Source: Octopus sinensis (taxonomy: Eukaryota). From it: DNA of 64,000 nucleotides. Every line of letters starts with the position of its first letter. Within the stretch, counting starts at the first letter, position 1. The stretch is taken from positions 102,548,001 through 102,612,000 of the forward strand of contig NC_043004.1 of the NCBI RefSeq assembly GCF_006345805.1. Direction: 5' to 3'. Of this stretch, positions 1 to 13,035 are shown piece by piece. The notes beneath the pieces were generated by a model. It saw only the letters and a program-made list of their open reading frames with translations, had not been told where the DNA came from and searched no databases. Both the position numbers and the translations under genes were made by a program.

Positions 1-581
1 TCACGGAGATAAGGTGGCCAACGCCAGTGGCACAGGAAAAGCACCTTTCGAGTGTTGGGCCTCACAGAAGCAATGGCAAATGACTGAGATCTTTGGCATT
101 ATTTCATGCTTGAGAAGACCCATCAAGCCAAATAAAATTGCAGTTGTGACAGATACTGGTGTCATGCAAATTGCACCCATGCCGGTGGCACATAAAAGCA
201 CCCATTATACTCTCAGAATAGCTGGCATTAGGAAGGGCATCCAGCTATAGAAACCATGCCAAATCAGACTGGAGTTTGGTGCAGCCTTCCAGCTTACCAG
301 CCCTGGTTAAATCGTCCAACCCATGCCAGCATGGACAATGGATGCTAAATGATGATGGTGATGATTAATCATATTTTTCCCATTTAGTATCAATGGGTTT
401 TTTTTTAATGATAATTGGACAGTTCATCTCTGTTGAGAAGCCTGTAATATTATTCCAGCACATTAATGTTTGGTTCAAATGTTCTGAATAGTTTCAAATT
501 TTCCTGGCAACATTTTTGGTAGATGTGTTGGTGATGGTAGGGAATTTGTCCCTGTTAATCACACTTTACAAGGAGGGTAAA

Positions 582-960
582 CATCATCATCATCATCATC
601 ATCGTTTAGCGTCTGTTTTCCATGCTAGCATGGGTTGGACGGTTCAACTGGGGTCTGTGAAGCTGGAAGGCTTCGTCAGGCCCAGTCAGATCTGGCAGTG
701 TTTCTACGGCTGGATGCCCTTCCTAACGCCAACCACTCCGCGAGTGTAGTGGGTGTTTTTTACGTGCCACCTGCACAGGTGCCAGACAGAGCTGACGAAC
801 GGATGGTGCTTTTACGTGTCACCGGCACGGGGCCAGGCGATGCTGGCAACGGACACGAACGGATGGTGCTTTTACGTGCCACCGACACGGGGACAGACAG
901 AGCTGGCAACCGGCCACGAACGGACGGTGCTTTTACGTGTCACCGGCACGGGGGCCAGCC
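582..960 (-). mobile_element. (GAT)n-tailed VNTR retroposon, subfamily B1
   Basis: (CAT)n at 582, conserved body ...ggatgcccttcctaacgccaaccac..., then ~60-bp tandem units containing gtgccaccggcac-like hairpins; 5'-truncated within the array. Confidence 0.85.
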
Positions 961-2360
961 GTCCTTCCTACATATTCAATGTACCTTGACTTCATAGACC
1001 TGATAGGAACTGATATTTTCACTATTTCTTATGAGTTATTAATTTATTTGTTCATTCTAGAAGCTATTTTGGTGGCAATAATTTGTCAGCAAACCAAATC
1101 TCTCCTACATAATTTGGATTTCCATTTAGAACTACTTACCATTGAGAAAGGCATACAGACCACACTTTCTCATTTCTTTTTCCTTGTTTGTTAATTTTTT
1201 TCCATCATAATGTCCTGCTGAACTAGTCAATAAGTTGTTTCTAACCACATAATTTCTCGAACAATTGGCTTCTTTAATATTGTAGTTTGTCAAACCTCTT
1301 TTGTTCAGTGGTGGTACCATAGCCAATATGAGTTATGGGAGGTGTGGTTATTGCTAATTGAAAGTCATATATACATAACTAAAAGCTACTTGGTCAAACA
1401 AATTATTTTCTGTGCCCCAAAAAGACCAAGCTTATTGTTTGTGAGAACTTCATTTACAGTTTTGTTTTCATGAACTAGATGACTAATTTAACAGTTTAAT
1501 GGTATTGATGATGATGTTGTTGATGATGATGATGGTAACAGTGGTGGTTTGAGAGAAACAGTTTAAGGACACAGATTTGCTAAATTGGTGTCTTTCACGA
1601 AGTATGTTGCACTATTAGAGTCATGTTCAAAGAACTGGAAGAGTAGTTTAATATAGAGCAAGTATATTTTAAAGGTTAATGTGTGAGAAAGCATCACAAT
1701 ATTAGAACAAAAGAACCAGTGGGTTCAAGTTGAAGAGACGGTGCTATTATCAGTTTAAGAGTATGTACTTGTGTAAATTAGTAGGGATATAAAAATTAGA
1801 CAACTTAATGCTTTGTTTATTTCTTATTAATTTTAATTATTTTAAAATGCTTCTTTAATATTTCTGGTTTTAAATTTCATCTTTCAGAGGCAGAGTTCTA
1901 TTTTATTTTCCCCTGACTCCTTATTATTATCATCGCTACCTTCATTTATTTTGCATTCACTTCTCCATACTAATATGGGTTGGATAGTTCTACATGAAGA
2001 TTCTTTCCCCCCACCCTAATTTTTGTTCATGAAACAATTTCTCTTAAAAGTCTCTTTTTCCTATAAATAGATATCACATACTAGTCTGCTGCAGTCCTCT
2101 ATGTACTCAAGTAAATTATTGAATTATCGCACATCTCACAAACACACATCTGTGAATGAGTAAAATATATATATCAGATACACATGTGTGTATAATATGT
2201 AGCCCATGCTAGCATAGAAGAAAGGATGTAAAAAATGAACAAAATATGTATTTGTGTGTATCTCTCTCTTTTGTCTATCTATCTGACAGCTATTCTCTCT
2301 CTCTCTCTCTCTGCATGTATATATGTATATAATTGTCTTTTGTTTTTGTCTAGTTCCCCC

Positions 2361-2573
2361 TTTACTCCTTTACTCCTTTACCCGTTTCAGTCATTTGACT
2401 GCGGCCATGCTGGAGCACCGCCTTTAGTCGAGCAAATCGACCCCGGGACTTATTCTTTGTAAGCCCAGTACATATTCTATTGGTCTCTTTTGCCGAACCG
2501 CTAAGTAACGGGGACATAAACACACCAGCATCGGTTGTCAAGCAATGCTAGGGGGACAAACACAGACACACAA

Positions 2574-2612
<39 letters not shown>

Positions 2613-2785
2613 CATATATATGACGGGCTTCTTTTAGTTTCCGTCTACCAAATCCACTCACAAGGCTTTGGTCGGCCCGAGGCTATAGTAGAAGACACTT
2701 GCCCAAGGTGCCATGCAGTAGGACTGAACCCCGGAACCATGTGGTTGGTAAACAAGCTACTTACCACACAGCCACTCCTGCACCT
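2361..2785 (-). mobile_element. tRNA-derived SINE family A (internal TA/TG microsatellite)
   Basis: Head AGGTGCAGGAGTGGCTGTGTGGTAAG...GGTTCAGTCC (A/B boxes), CORE-like GGCACCTTGGGCAAGTGTCTT, internal (TA)n(TG)n, and tail ending CAGTCAAATGACTGAAAC plus a short repeat. Confidence 0.85.
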
Positions 2786-3309
2786 ATAGTTATATACAAA
2801 AGCCATATAACATATAACATTGAAGAAATACTCAATACTTTTTAAGTAAAGCATATGTTTATTAAACTTTCACAATTCACAGGGTGACAGTGACTTCGAA
2901 GTTCTGCCTGTTAGCCTTCATCAGTCTGACAAAGGTTGGCAGGCTGAAACATCAAAGTCGCTTTCAGCTCTCTATCTGTAAAAGTTTATTTAATATATAA
3001 TTTGGTTACTTTCTGATACAATAACAGCAATCAATACAGATGACATATACAACTACACAATCACTTAATGCATTGCACACAATTTGATTATTGCTAGTCA
3101 TTCCATCTCAATTCACGAACCAAAAAGCTGATTGAATGAAACCATAGTACAGAAATGTAAACTTGTTTACTTTACATATGAATAAACACATTTATTTGTA
3201 ATCATTTATTAGTGCCATCTTCAAGTTTTTTTGTTTTTGTGTTTTGTTTTGTTTTTCTTCTCTCTTAGTTCATGATGGTGCATGCAATATTTAGTTTGGT
3301 TATTTTAGT

Positions 3310-3538
3310 TTAACCCTTTAGCATTTAAACCGGCCATATCCGGCCAAAAGTATTCTGCCTGTTTTATGTTCAAACTGGTCAGATCTGGTCTTTCACACCA
3401 ACCCTACAATATCGTTTTAAAAATTAACAGTTACCTCATCAAAATCTCATAGCTACAAGATAATGCATGATTAGTTCAAAACAATGTGGATGAAAAAGCA
3501 TTAATTTTGGTAGAATAATGCAAACACTAAGGGGTTAA
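3310..3538. mobile_element. piggyBac-type MITE family 2
   Basis: TTAAccctttagcattt...aaacactaaggggTTAA termini; interior is similar to 4351-4572, ~26790-26970 and ~37775-38425. Confidence 0.75.
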
Positions 3539-4350
3539 CATTTATTTCATCAATCTCTCTCAAGTGGCTTGGTTTCACCTTTTTTGACATAAAGAACCAC
3601 AACCTGATGTACCAATTTTCACTGGTATATATGTATGTGCATTTGCATATATGTATACATACAAGAGGCATCTGCTTTTGCACTTCTCTGAAAATCACTC
3701 AACTATGGGCAGTGACGTTGCTATCATTACCCCTGTCAACTGATCCTCTACTAGCTTTGTGCCTTTGGAGGCATGTGGAATAAGATATCTTGCACATGAA
3801 GAATCGATAAAGTTTAGCATATTGTAGTAAAACAGTACTTCAGTTTTTCTATGCTAGCATGGGTTAGAGGAATAGTGCCTGTGGCACGTAGAAAGTACCC
3901 ACTACACTCATGCAGTTGTTAGTGTTAGGAAGGGCATCCAAATATAGAAACTATACGAAATCAGACTAGAACTTGGTACAGCTCTTCAGCTTATATATAT
4001 ATATATACCTGTGTGTATGTGTATGTATGTATATGTTTGTGTGTCTGTGTTTGTTCCCCCAACATCGCTTGACAACCGATGCCGGTATGTTTACGTCCCT
4101 GTCACATAGCAGTTCGGAAGAGAGACTGATAGAATAAGTACTGGGCTTACAAAGAATAAGTCCTGGGGTCGATTTGCTCAACTTAAGGCAGTGCTCCAGC
4201 ATGGCCACAGTCAAATGACTGAAACAAATAAAATAATTGAAGCATACTTATCAGTTACCTCTTTGAATTGTGAAGAACCCGTGCTGCCCTTTCCCCAATA
4301 ATAAAAATGGAATATTCTTGTGTGCTATACTTTATGGATCTGAATGTCAT

Positions 4351-4572
4351 TTAACTCTTTAGTATTTAAACTGACCATATCCAGCCAAGTAGTCTACCTG
4401 TCTTATGTTCAAACTGACTAGAACCAGCCTCTCTCACCTATTCTATGATGTCATTTTAAAAATAGTCACATCGGCAAAATCTTGAAGCTATAGATAATGC
4501 ATGATTAATTCAAAATGATGTGAATAAATAAGCATTACATTTGACAAAGTAATCTGAATGCTAAGGAGTTAA
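4351..4572. mobile_element. piggyBac-type MITE family 2
   Basis: TTAActctttagtattt...aatgctaaggagTTAA; homologous to 3310-3538. Confidence 0.75.
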
Positions 4573-7500
4573 ACATACAATAATCCCAATGTTTCTTCCC
4601 ATTGTCATGTGTCCAATTTCAAAAGAAAACTAGAAAAATGTGTGCTTATTTTGTATCTATTGAAAGTTGTTTTTCATTAGGTATGCTATGCAGAAAGTCC
4701 TGCAAGCTGCTGTTTGCCCATAGCTGTGTTAGGGCATTAGACTGCTGCTTTACCTGGGGGAAAAAGCATGGAATTTGGATAGGTTACTGGCAAAATATAG
4801 AAAATAGAAGAATAGTAAATTCTTATTGTTTTCATTTCATCCCAGCCCTGATTGAACAAACCTATGATCAAAACCATGACCATCCCCTCTTGTATTTTAG
4901 CATAGTGTATTTAAGATTCACACTCACTTGTATTTGAGGTTGTTTTTTTTTTTTTTTTTTTTTTTTTAGATATTGGAGTGTGGATTTTGACAAATTTGGT
5001 TGCTATGTTTAATAGTTCAGCTACATAGAGATTCCCTATTTATTTCAAAAAGTTGTCATATTATAAGTAATTAAAAAAAAAAAACTTTTATTCTAACCAA
5101 GTACAACTGGAGGTATAATAGAGAAATAATTCTAAAAATTATTTGTATTCCAATTAAACGTAACTAGAAGTCTAATTGTTTTAAGGTTAAAGCATTGGCC
5201 TAATCACCACATTTAATACAATTTGGACTTGTTCCCAAGTAATGATCATTATTGTGATTTACTTTATTGCTGGCAATTAATTCTGATGAAGTATGTACGG
5301 TCATTCAAATTGATAGCTACTGTTTTTGTTGGGAACCTGCATGTTCGCTAAATCTGTGTGGCAACTGAGGTATCTGGCCTAAACAACAAAGATTGATTGA
5401 GATTATCAAGATTACATGAAAATCTCGAGTTGTTTTCCTCTTTTCCTTTTTATTTTGCAAAATGTTAACAGGCAGTGAATTAAGGTTAATTGTTAAACTT
5501 TGAAATCCTGTGCTCATCTTGGTCAGGTTTTCAGATTTTTATGCTTGTATTTCCATTTGTGTGTTGGTGGTGGTGGGGGGGGGGGGCAAGTGTCTTTCTA
5601 GTGTCAATTCCACAGATGTCTCCTTCATACCTGGTAGTGTTAGTCTACCTAAAAACAAGTGTACAAATATGCTCAAATTTGGTCCCAGTCCGCCTTCACT
5701 TAGCAGACCTATGATGACAGTATTTCAGCCATTGCCTTCCTGTTCTCTCTGCAGGCATTGTGTATATAGGGCTACATTGCTTATTGTGTCCCTTTTCAAG
5801 ACAGTTATGTTAAACTTAAGGAAGAATTGGTTGCCATTTTTAGCAGGTTGGATACCTCTTTGGCAACTGATCAAATTGGCTGTTGAAAGAGGAAAGGGAG
5901 CTCATTCCCAGTACCTTTTGGCTTTTACTTGTTTTGATCATCAGACCATGCTACTTACTGTATTGATTTTTTCTTCTTTTTTTTTTGCTAAACTGCTAAG
6001 TTATGGAGATGCAAACAAACACTAGTTGTCAAATGGTGAGGTGACAAATACTAAAGCACAATGGGCTTCCATATAGTTTCCATCTACCAATGCCACTCAC
6101 AAGGCATTGCTCAACCCAGGGCTATAGTAGAAAACACTTGCTCAAAGTGCCACACAGTGGGACAACCCAAAACTGTGGTTGCAAAGCGAGCTTCTTAACC
6201 ACACAGCCATGCCTGCACCTTGATATATTAAAAAAACAACCTTATTAACTGTTTTGTTTTTGTACTTTTTTTTTTTTTTTTTTAGATATTTATGAGGTTA
6301 TCAAGATTATGGTAATAGAGACTTGACTCAATCATTACAAGTGTCATACTTGGGCCTTAAGCAAGGAACCTATAACTGCAGCATGGAAGGTGTTTATTAG
6401 CCATTTAAGAAACACACAAAAACTGTTAGATACACTTCAACATTTAAATTTAATTTGCCAAAATATTTTCGTTGTTTTGAGACTTCAACCTGTTCACTGA
6501 CAAAATTCTGTGCTGCACCAAATTTTGTCAGTGAACACCTTCCAACTGCAATTGTTTTCGTTCCAGCACACGATCTCAGATCAGGTCACTTGCTATGGAA
6601 GTACATCTCCGTAATTCTGAAAATATAATATTACTCATTAACTAGTTTTTTTTACCACACTGCATATCTTAAATGCGTTACTACCAACTTAATTTTTGTT
6701 TTTCACGTGAATGGTATGTCTCAATTATTTTTTGGATAATTCTGTTTCCTGATGTCAATATGGTACTTTCTGTTTTCATTTCTTTGTACTAGTAGACTGA
6801 AGGCTGTACTTTGCTGCTGAGATCTGAATAAGACTGAAACATGTTCAGAATTATGTCTCTTGTTTACACAGAAAATGTTTCTCACTTTTTTTTTTTCTTT
6901 TTACATATTTATTTCTACTTAGTGTTTAATACACTATGCATTAAATATGTTAAAACTAACTTACTATCTGTTAAATCCACTTTTGGTCGATTGAAACAGA
7001 AACAAATTTTACTTCTATTTTGCAGTTGAATAGATAGCAGTAGGAAGAGCATCCATCTGTAAAAACAATTGTTTAAAAAAATAAATAATCCCAATCATTG
7101 AAGCATTAAATAAAAAAAATAATAAATGTATAAGAATTTTTTTAATGAAAAAAGTAACCGAATCGCAGCTAGTTGATATATTCCCAGGATAAAGAAGTAA
7201 AAAAGTATGTTATGTATGAGAAGTTTGATGGCTTTCATCTTGGTTATTAATTTGTCCTGGTCTGTAATATTTGTAATGAAAAATCTACTTTTGAACTTGA
7301 CTCTCAGTTTTCTGTTAGTACAGAAGATTATTTGTTAAAGATAAATATTTCACTCTGTGTTTTCAGTTGAATATTGTGTAGTTCTTTGTTTTCTTTGTTT
7401 TCTTTTTCTTTTTACTGGAAATTCTACAAATCTCATGGTTGATTTAATCTTTAAACAAATTCATTTTTCTATTTTCCAACTAATCTAATGCTATAATACT

Positions 7501-7624
7501 CATAAAACTGCAGTTCAAACAATTTTAAAATGTTTTATTATTTATTGCCTTGCGTTTTATCTGGATACATCTAAATTTATACACACATGCGCACACTCTT
7601 GCACATAATACACTCACATTTATT

Positions 7625-7654
7625 TATATATATATATACACACACACACACACA

Positions 7655-7745
<91 letters not shown>

Positions 7746-7748
7746 AAG
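7625..7748. repeat. Compound (TA)n(CA)n(CT)n(TA)n(GA)n microsatellite
   Basis: Direct inspection. Confidence 0.95.
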
Positions 7749-9365
7749 AGAGTACTTAGTAGTTGTGCATTTAACATTTAAATTTAGCTGAGAAATATTT
7801 CATATGTTGATCCTAGATGTTGTTTTAGATTCTGAAATGATATATTTACATTTCAAGTCAGTCATGATTGATGATTGTAAAAGTCTCGTATTATTTGGAT
7901 AAAGATATATTTCGGCTTAGTCTGGTTATGTTAGTCTTCTTAGCATTAGACTGCAAATGAAAAAATAGGGGTGAGAGGATTAAAGTTGATTGAATGAAAT
8001 CCTGTTGTAGTTGTTGCTGTTGTTGACCCTTAGGTCATGGATAAGGGGGGAAAATATCAACTCCATATGAAAATAAATCTTATTATTAGTGAAGAAAACA
8101 GTGTAACCTATACTTACTTCAACCGAGTCTCGCCTCCTGAATTCTGTACTAAAAACTCCATGTAATTCTTTCTCCTCCTGGTTAGTGAACTTCTAGAATT
8201 CTCTCTCTGCACATGTTTTCTTCTTAATGTGCAGGTGTGGACTGAGAGGTTGAGAGGCTTACTTCTTAACCATATAGACTCAAGTTTAGTTTCACTGTAC
8301 AGCAAGTGTCTTCTACACTCGCCCACCCCATCTCCCAGACAAGCCAAAGCCTTAGGAGTGGTTTTGGTAGGTGGAGACTGAAAGTAATCTGTTGTGTGTA
8401 TACATTTATATCCTTGTCCTGACATCAAATGGTGTTTATAGACAAGCTTCACCATCAGACAAAAGGTGTCACTTGTTTCCAATCTTCTGTGAAAATATGT
8501 CTGGCCATGGTGGGGTAATACTACCTTGCTTGGAAACAGATTAGGGTTAGCATCCAGCTGTTGAAAATCTGCCCCAACAAATTGTCTGCCCCATGCAAGC
8601 ATGAAATGATGATGTTAAGGCCGAAGATCAATTGCATCAACTCTACTCTTCTGGGAAGAGACTGCTAAGTCCAGTTGTGGTGTTCTGCCTTATATATGTT
8701 TGTGGAGGGGATGGGGGGTGCACTCCCTCCACTCCACAAGAAGTATTTGCTTCTTTGTTCTCACTCACTCATCTCTTCTATATGACTCTATACAGACCAA
8801 GAAATAGTAACCAAAATCTCCCTCACATTGATTGCCACTCTCTCAGGAAAGAAAGGACATTTGGATATTGTGATTCTATGTCTAGATAAAAAATAATATG
8901 GAATGGACATGGTAGAATGCCTTTGGTCATAAGTCTTTTTATCAGGCTGGGTTTGTACTAAATGGAATTAGCATTGTACTTTTATGCAATATCAGTATAA
9001 CAGTTTAAATAAATTATGGCAAACTATTAATTTTCGTCAATTAACATTCTCCTATTTAATTTTCATTCATTATTACATTTTTGAAGATGGTGAGCTTGCA
9101 GACAAAATGCATAGCAGTATTTCATCTATCTTTACATTCTGGGTTCAAATGCTGCCATGGTGTGACTTCACTTTTCAGCCTTTCAGGGTCAATGAAATAA
9201 GCTGTTGAGCTTTGGGGTTGGTGTAATTGACTAGACTCCTTCCCCAAAATTTCAGGCCTTGTGCCTATAGAGTGGATTATTACAGTTTTCTTTCTAAAAG
9301 TGTTTATTGTTTCTGTTGATTAGCTAGGTCCCATGCCAATACTGAATAAAATCTGTAGTCAAAGG

Positions 9366-9534
9366 CAGGCATGGGCAATCTTTTTCAAGAAACAGGCCAC
9401 ATGAGACATAGCTCATCATCTGGTCAGCTACACTATTAAAAAAAAATAGTGGAAGACCATCCTTCATTGGACATGCCATTCAGAAAGTCCCATGGACTGC
9501 ATGCAGCCTGCAGACCACATGTGACCCATGACTA
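9366..9534. mobile_element. Decayed hAT-type MITE
   Basis: caggcatgggcaa left end; right end ggactgcatgcagcctgcagaccacatgtgacccatg is a CpG-decayed form of a typical hAT subterminal sequence. Confidence 0.5.
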
Positions 9535-9697
9535 GACAAATGCATCACAGTGATACTCAAAGTAAATGTTTTTGGGGCGGGGTGAGAGAGAGTTTAAAGC
9601 AGTTGAATATTATGTTCAGAGATTTGGTTGCTATTTCATGCAAATCAAGCAACTGCACAGTGGTTGCCTCTATGACATCTAATAAAAGTGTATTTAT

Positions 9698-9930
9698 GTT
9701 TCTTTATTACCCACAAGGGGCTAAACATAGAGGGGACAAACAAGGACAGACAAACGGATTAAGTCGATTACATCGACCCCACTGCGTAACTGGTACTTAA
9801 TTTAATCGACCCCTAAAGGATGAAAGGCAAAGTCGACCTCGGCGGAATTTGAACTCAGAACGTAACGGCAGACGAAATACGGCTACGCATTTCACCCGGC
9901 GTGCTAATGGTTCTGCCAGCTCGCCGCCTT
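9698..9930 (-). mobile_element. Young tRNA-derived SINE, family D (GTCGACTTTGCCTTTCATCC core)
   Basis: Minus-strand head with TGGCAGAA A-box and GAGTTCAAATTCC B-box; TSD GTGTATTTAT at 9688-9697 and 9931-9940; highly similar to 14716-14946. Confidence 0.85.
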
Positions 9931-10505
9931 GTGTATTTATAGCTTTGTTCATACATGCACCTGTGATTACCTATCTTGATCAGGTGTGTGGGGATGGGTG
10001 TGGTTGTGTGTGAGAAGGAGGTTTTGATGCTGACACACTTCAAGCTTATTATTTAAAGATTTTCTGTTGTATTGTAGTCTTCCATTTACTTTTTTTCATT
10101 TTTAATTCATGCTATTGTTCTAGAAATTACAGTTGTTTGTATTCCAATTCATTCAATTTCTATAGATAATTTCCTTGTGGTACTTTAATTGATTTTCATA
10201 GTTTGATTTTTCAAATATTCTCCCATAAGCAGCACTTACGGTTAAGTTGATCAATTTAATAACACTGAATAAGAATCTCAATTTAATTATTACTTGGACA
10301 ACACTCAAATGTAATTATCCATTTGAGTCAGCTGCTTATAGCTGTGCTGTAGATGTTACTTTCCCAACTTCTGTTACTACCATCACATAACTTTATTTTG
10401 AAAAGGTTTCACTGATTAATTTGTCTATTGGTTTAATTTCTATCTTTCGGAGTGTAATTTTATACAAACACATGTGATGTATGTAAACTAAGCACAAACA
10501 TACAG

Positions 10506-10507
<2 letters not shown>

Positions 10508-10575
<68 letters not shown>
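10508..10575. repeat. (TA)n microsatellite
   Basis: Direct inspection. Confidence 0.95.
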
Positions 10576-10673
10576 TTGTATATATCATTTAACCGACATT
10601 CAATAGACAATGCCTTCTAGACAATTTAGTTACCTACTTGTGATGGAACAAATTACTGCTGATTTTAGTAATT

Positions 10674-10715
<42 letters not shown>

Positions 10716-11180
10716 TATTTCTTCATCCATTTTCTACAATTCCTCTTTTGTATCTCTATTTTCACTCCATCCTTATTTTGCCCTCGCTGCTCTAATTATC
10801 AACATATTTTTTATTGCTATGTATTTGATTAGTTAATTATTGTTTAATTATATCCATTTAATTATTGTCTGAAGCAACTAAAGAACAGAGTTAGTGTGTG
10901 TGTGTGTGTGTACTATAATGCTCTACAGTGAGTCTTTACTTTCAAATAGCAATGTAATTGTTATTATAATAACTAATTAATTGTACTATGACTCTGTTAT
11001 TTGCAGTATTAACCTCCATGTGGTCAATGTTTTTATTTCAACGTTTTCACCTGAGTAACTCTTTCTGGTAATAAGAAAAATGTTCATTCAACACACTTAA
11101 CATTTTTCTTTTCTTTTTCTTTTTTCAAGCCTACACAAATACTGGGTTTATTGAAAAAGAATATAATTATATAATTACAG

Positions 11181-11780
11181 GTGCAGGCGTGGCTGTGTGG
11201 TAAGAAGTTTGCTTTCCAACCACATGTTTTCAGGTTCAGTCTCAGTGCCTTCTATAGCCCCAGGGCCAACCAAATCCTTGTTAGTGGATTTGGTTGATAG
11301 AAACTGAAAGAAGCCCATCATCTATATATCTATATCTTTGTTATCATCATCGTTTAACATCCATTTTCCATGCTGGCATGGGTTAGACGATTTGACATGG
11401 AGCTGGCTAGCAGAGAGCTGTCCAGGTTCCAGCTGTCTGTTGTGGCATGGTTTCTATGGATGGATACCCTTCCTAATGCCAACCACTTAACAGTGTGCCG
11501 GGTACTTTTTACATGCCGGGAGCACGGGTGCGTTTACGCAATGTGTGTATTACTGTTTCTTTTCCTTGATGCCACATGATAGTTGTAAGCAAGTGTCACC
11601 ATCATGCATGTGGTATCCTTCATTTCCAATCTTCTGAGACATGTCTGATTATGGGGAAATATTACCTTGCTTGGAAATAGGTGACAGTTGACAACAGGAA
11701 GGGCATCCAGCCACAGAAAATCTGCCTCGATAAATTCCATCCAACTCATGCGAACATGGAAAAAAAAGAGTGTTAAACAA
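11181..11780 (+). mobile_element. SINE with family-A head and type-C tail, containing an antisense B insertion (~11343-11525); related copies ~8230-8615, ~25245-25610, ~32395-32790, ~46985-47225
   Basis: Head ggcgtggctgtgtggtaagaag; tail ...ttccaatcttc...catgtctg...ggaaatattaccttgcttggaaa...aggaagggcatccagc...gcatggaaaa, which shares its 3' end with family B. Confidence 0.7.
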
Positions 11781-11967
11781 TGAAGCTACTGAATTATGAT
11801 ATTCTTGCTTCTTCACTCATTTTAGCAACCGATTCTTTTATGATCCTTATATTAACTGGAAACTTCTGTAAATTCTTTACAATGATTTCTCAGTTGAGCT
11901 TTCTGTAAGCTTCTATTGGAGTTTGTATAAAAGTAGAAGAGCAAGACTGAACAGCCATCAATTGGCC

Positions 11968-12166
11968 TTAACCCTTTTGATATCAACCTGCCTAAAACTG
12001 CCTCTGGCTCTGAATTAAAACCTTCCACCAAACCTTAGTCACAATTTTTGTTCTTAACACTTAATTAATGATAAGTAAGTTATTTTACTAAATTCTTTAA
12101 TGTATTTAAAATTAATTAGAAGAAACACAGAGTATCTCTTCAGAAATATGGTAACAAAAGGGTTAA
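11968..12166. mobile_element. piggyBac-type MITE family 1 (other copies ~16185-16810 interrupted by a SINE, 49976-50170, partial ~33870-33960)
   Basis: TTAAcccttttgata...gtaacaaaagggTTAA terminal inverted repeats with TTAA at both ends; ~200 bp, no ORF. Confidence 0.8.
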
Positions 12167-12684
12167 TACAACTGATTCCCAAGTGATGTCAGTTGCTGGC
12201 TAACATTTGTTTCACATTGTCTTAGATGTTCTGAAGGTGAATATAGTTCAGTAAATATTTCATTGGAGACTCTTCACAACTGAGAACAAGTTTCACTATT
12301 ATAGATATGTGACATGGTGACTGGAATGCTACAGATTATCATAAGTGCTTATGAATTTGAAATGAGGAATTGGGATCAGTAATGATTAAGTCAGTGAGGA
12401 TAATATTGGAAGTGAAAGCAGGTTAACTAGTCAAAGGAGTTCAGAAGACAAAGCTTTAGGCGAAAAGAGAGGTATTACAAGAAAAAAAAAAGAGTCCATT
12501 TTCCTGTTGTAGGTAACAGAGAAACTATTTAAATGAAGTATTTTAGTTGAGCCATGAGGGTTACACAAAACACTCGGTGGTATTTGTTCTGGCTCTTTAC
12601 ACTCTGAGGTCAAATTCTGCTGAAATCAGCTTTGCCTTTCATCCTTTTGGAGCCACTAGAATAATCCAGTGAAAGATAGATGGT

Positions 12685-13035
12685 TATCTTTTACTTGTTT
12701 CAATCATAAGACTGTGACCATGCTGGGGCACTGCCTTGAAGAATTTTTAGTCGAATGAATTGACCCCGGTATCTTGTTTTCTTTTCTAAGTCTGGTACTT
12801 ATTCTTGGTCTCTTTTGATGAACTACTAAGTTACAGGAATGTAAACACACCTACACCAGTTGTCAAATAATAGTGGGGGCACAACACAGACACTCAACAG
12901 GCTTCTTTCAGTTTTCATTTATCAAATCCACTCACAAGGCTTTGGTCAGCCTGAGGCTATAGTAGAAGACACTTGCCTAAGGTGCCACACAGTGCGACTA
13001 AACACGGAACCATGTGGTTGGGAAGCAAGCTTCTT
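12685..13035 (-). mobile_element. SINE family A, older copy (others ~3990-4235+, ~5920-6220-, ~26090-26360-, ~40615-40810-, ~42370-42660-, ~44476-44830+, ~53570-53755-, ~54040-54145-, ~59360-59520+)
   Basis: Recognisable head and tail blocks with CpG decay; boundaries approximate. Confidence 0.7.

Noticed and set aside
635-997. Recurring ~120-aa ORF MDGSTGV...LDALPNANHS (also 37910-38275 and 43632-43997)
   Set aside because: Antisense reading of family-B retroposons; the similarity reflects repeat homology, not a gene family.
5510-6025. 171-aa ORF
   Set aside because: No recognisable domain; ends in a decayed SINE; low-complexity start.
8114-8602. 162-aa minus-strand ORF with a gtaagt donor-like site
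   Set aside because: Mostly antisense SINE sequence; no pyrimidine tract for an acceptor.
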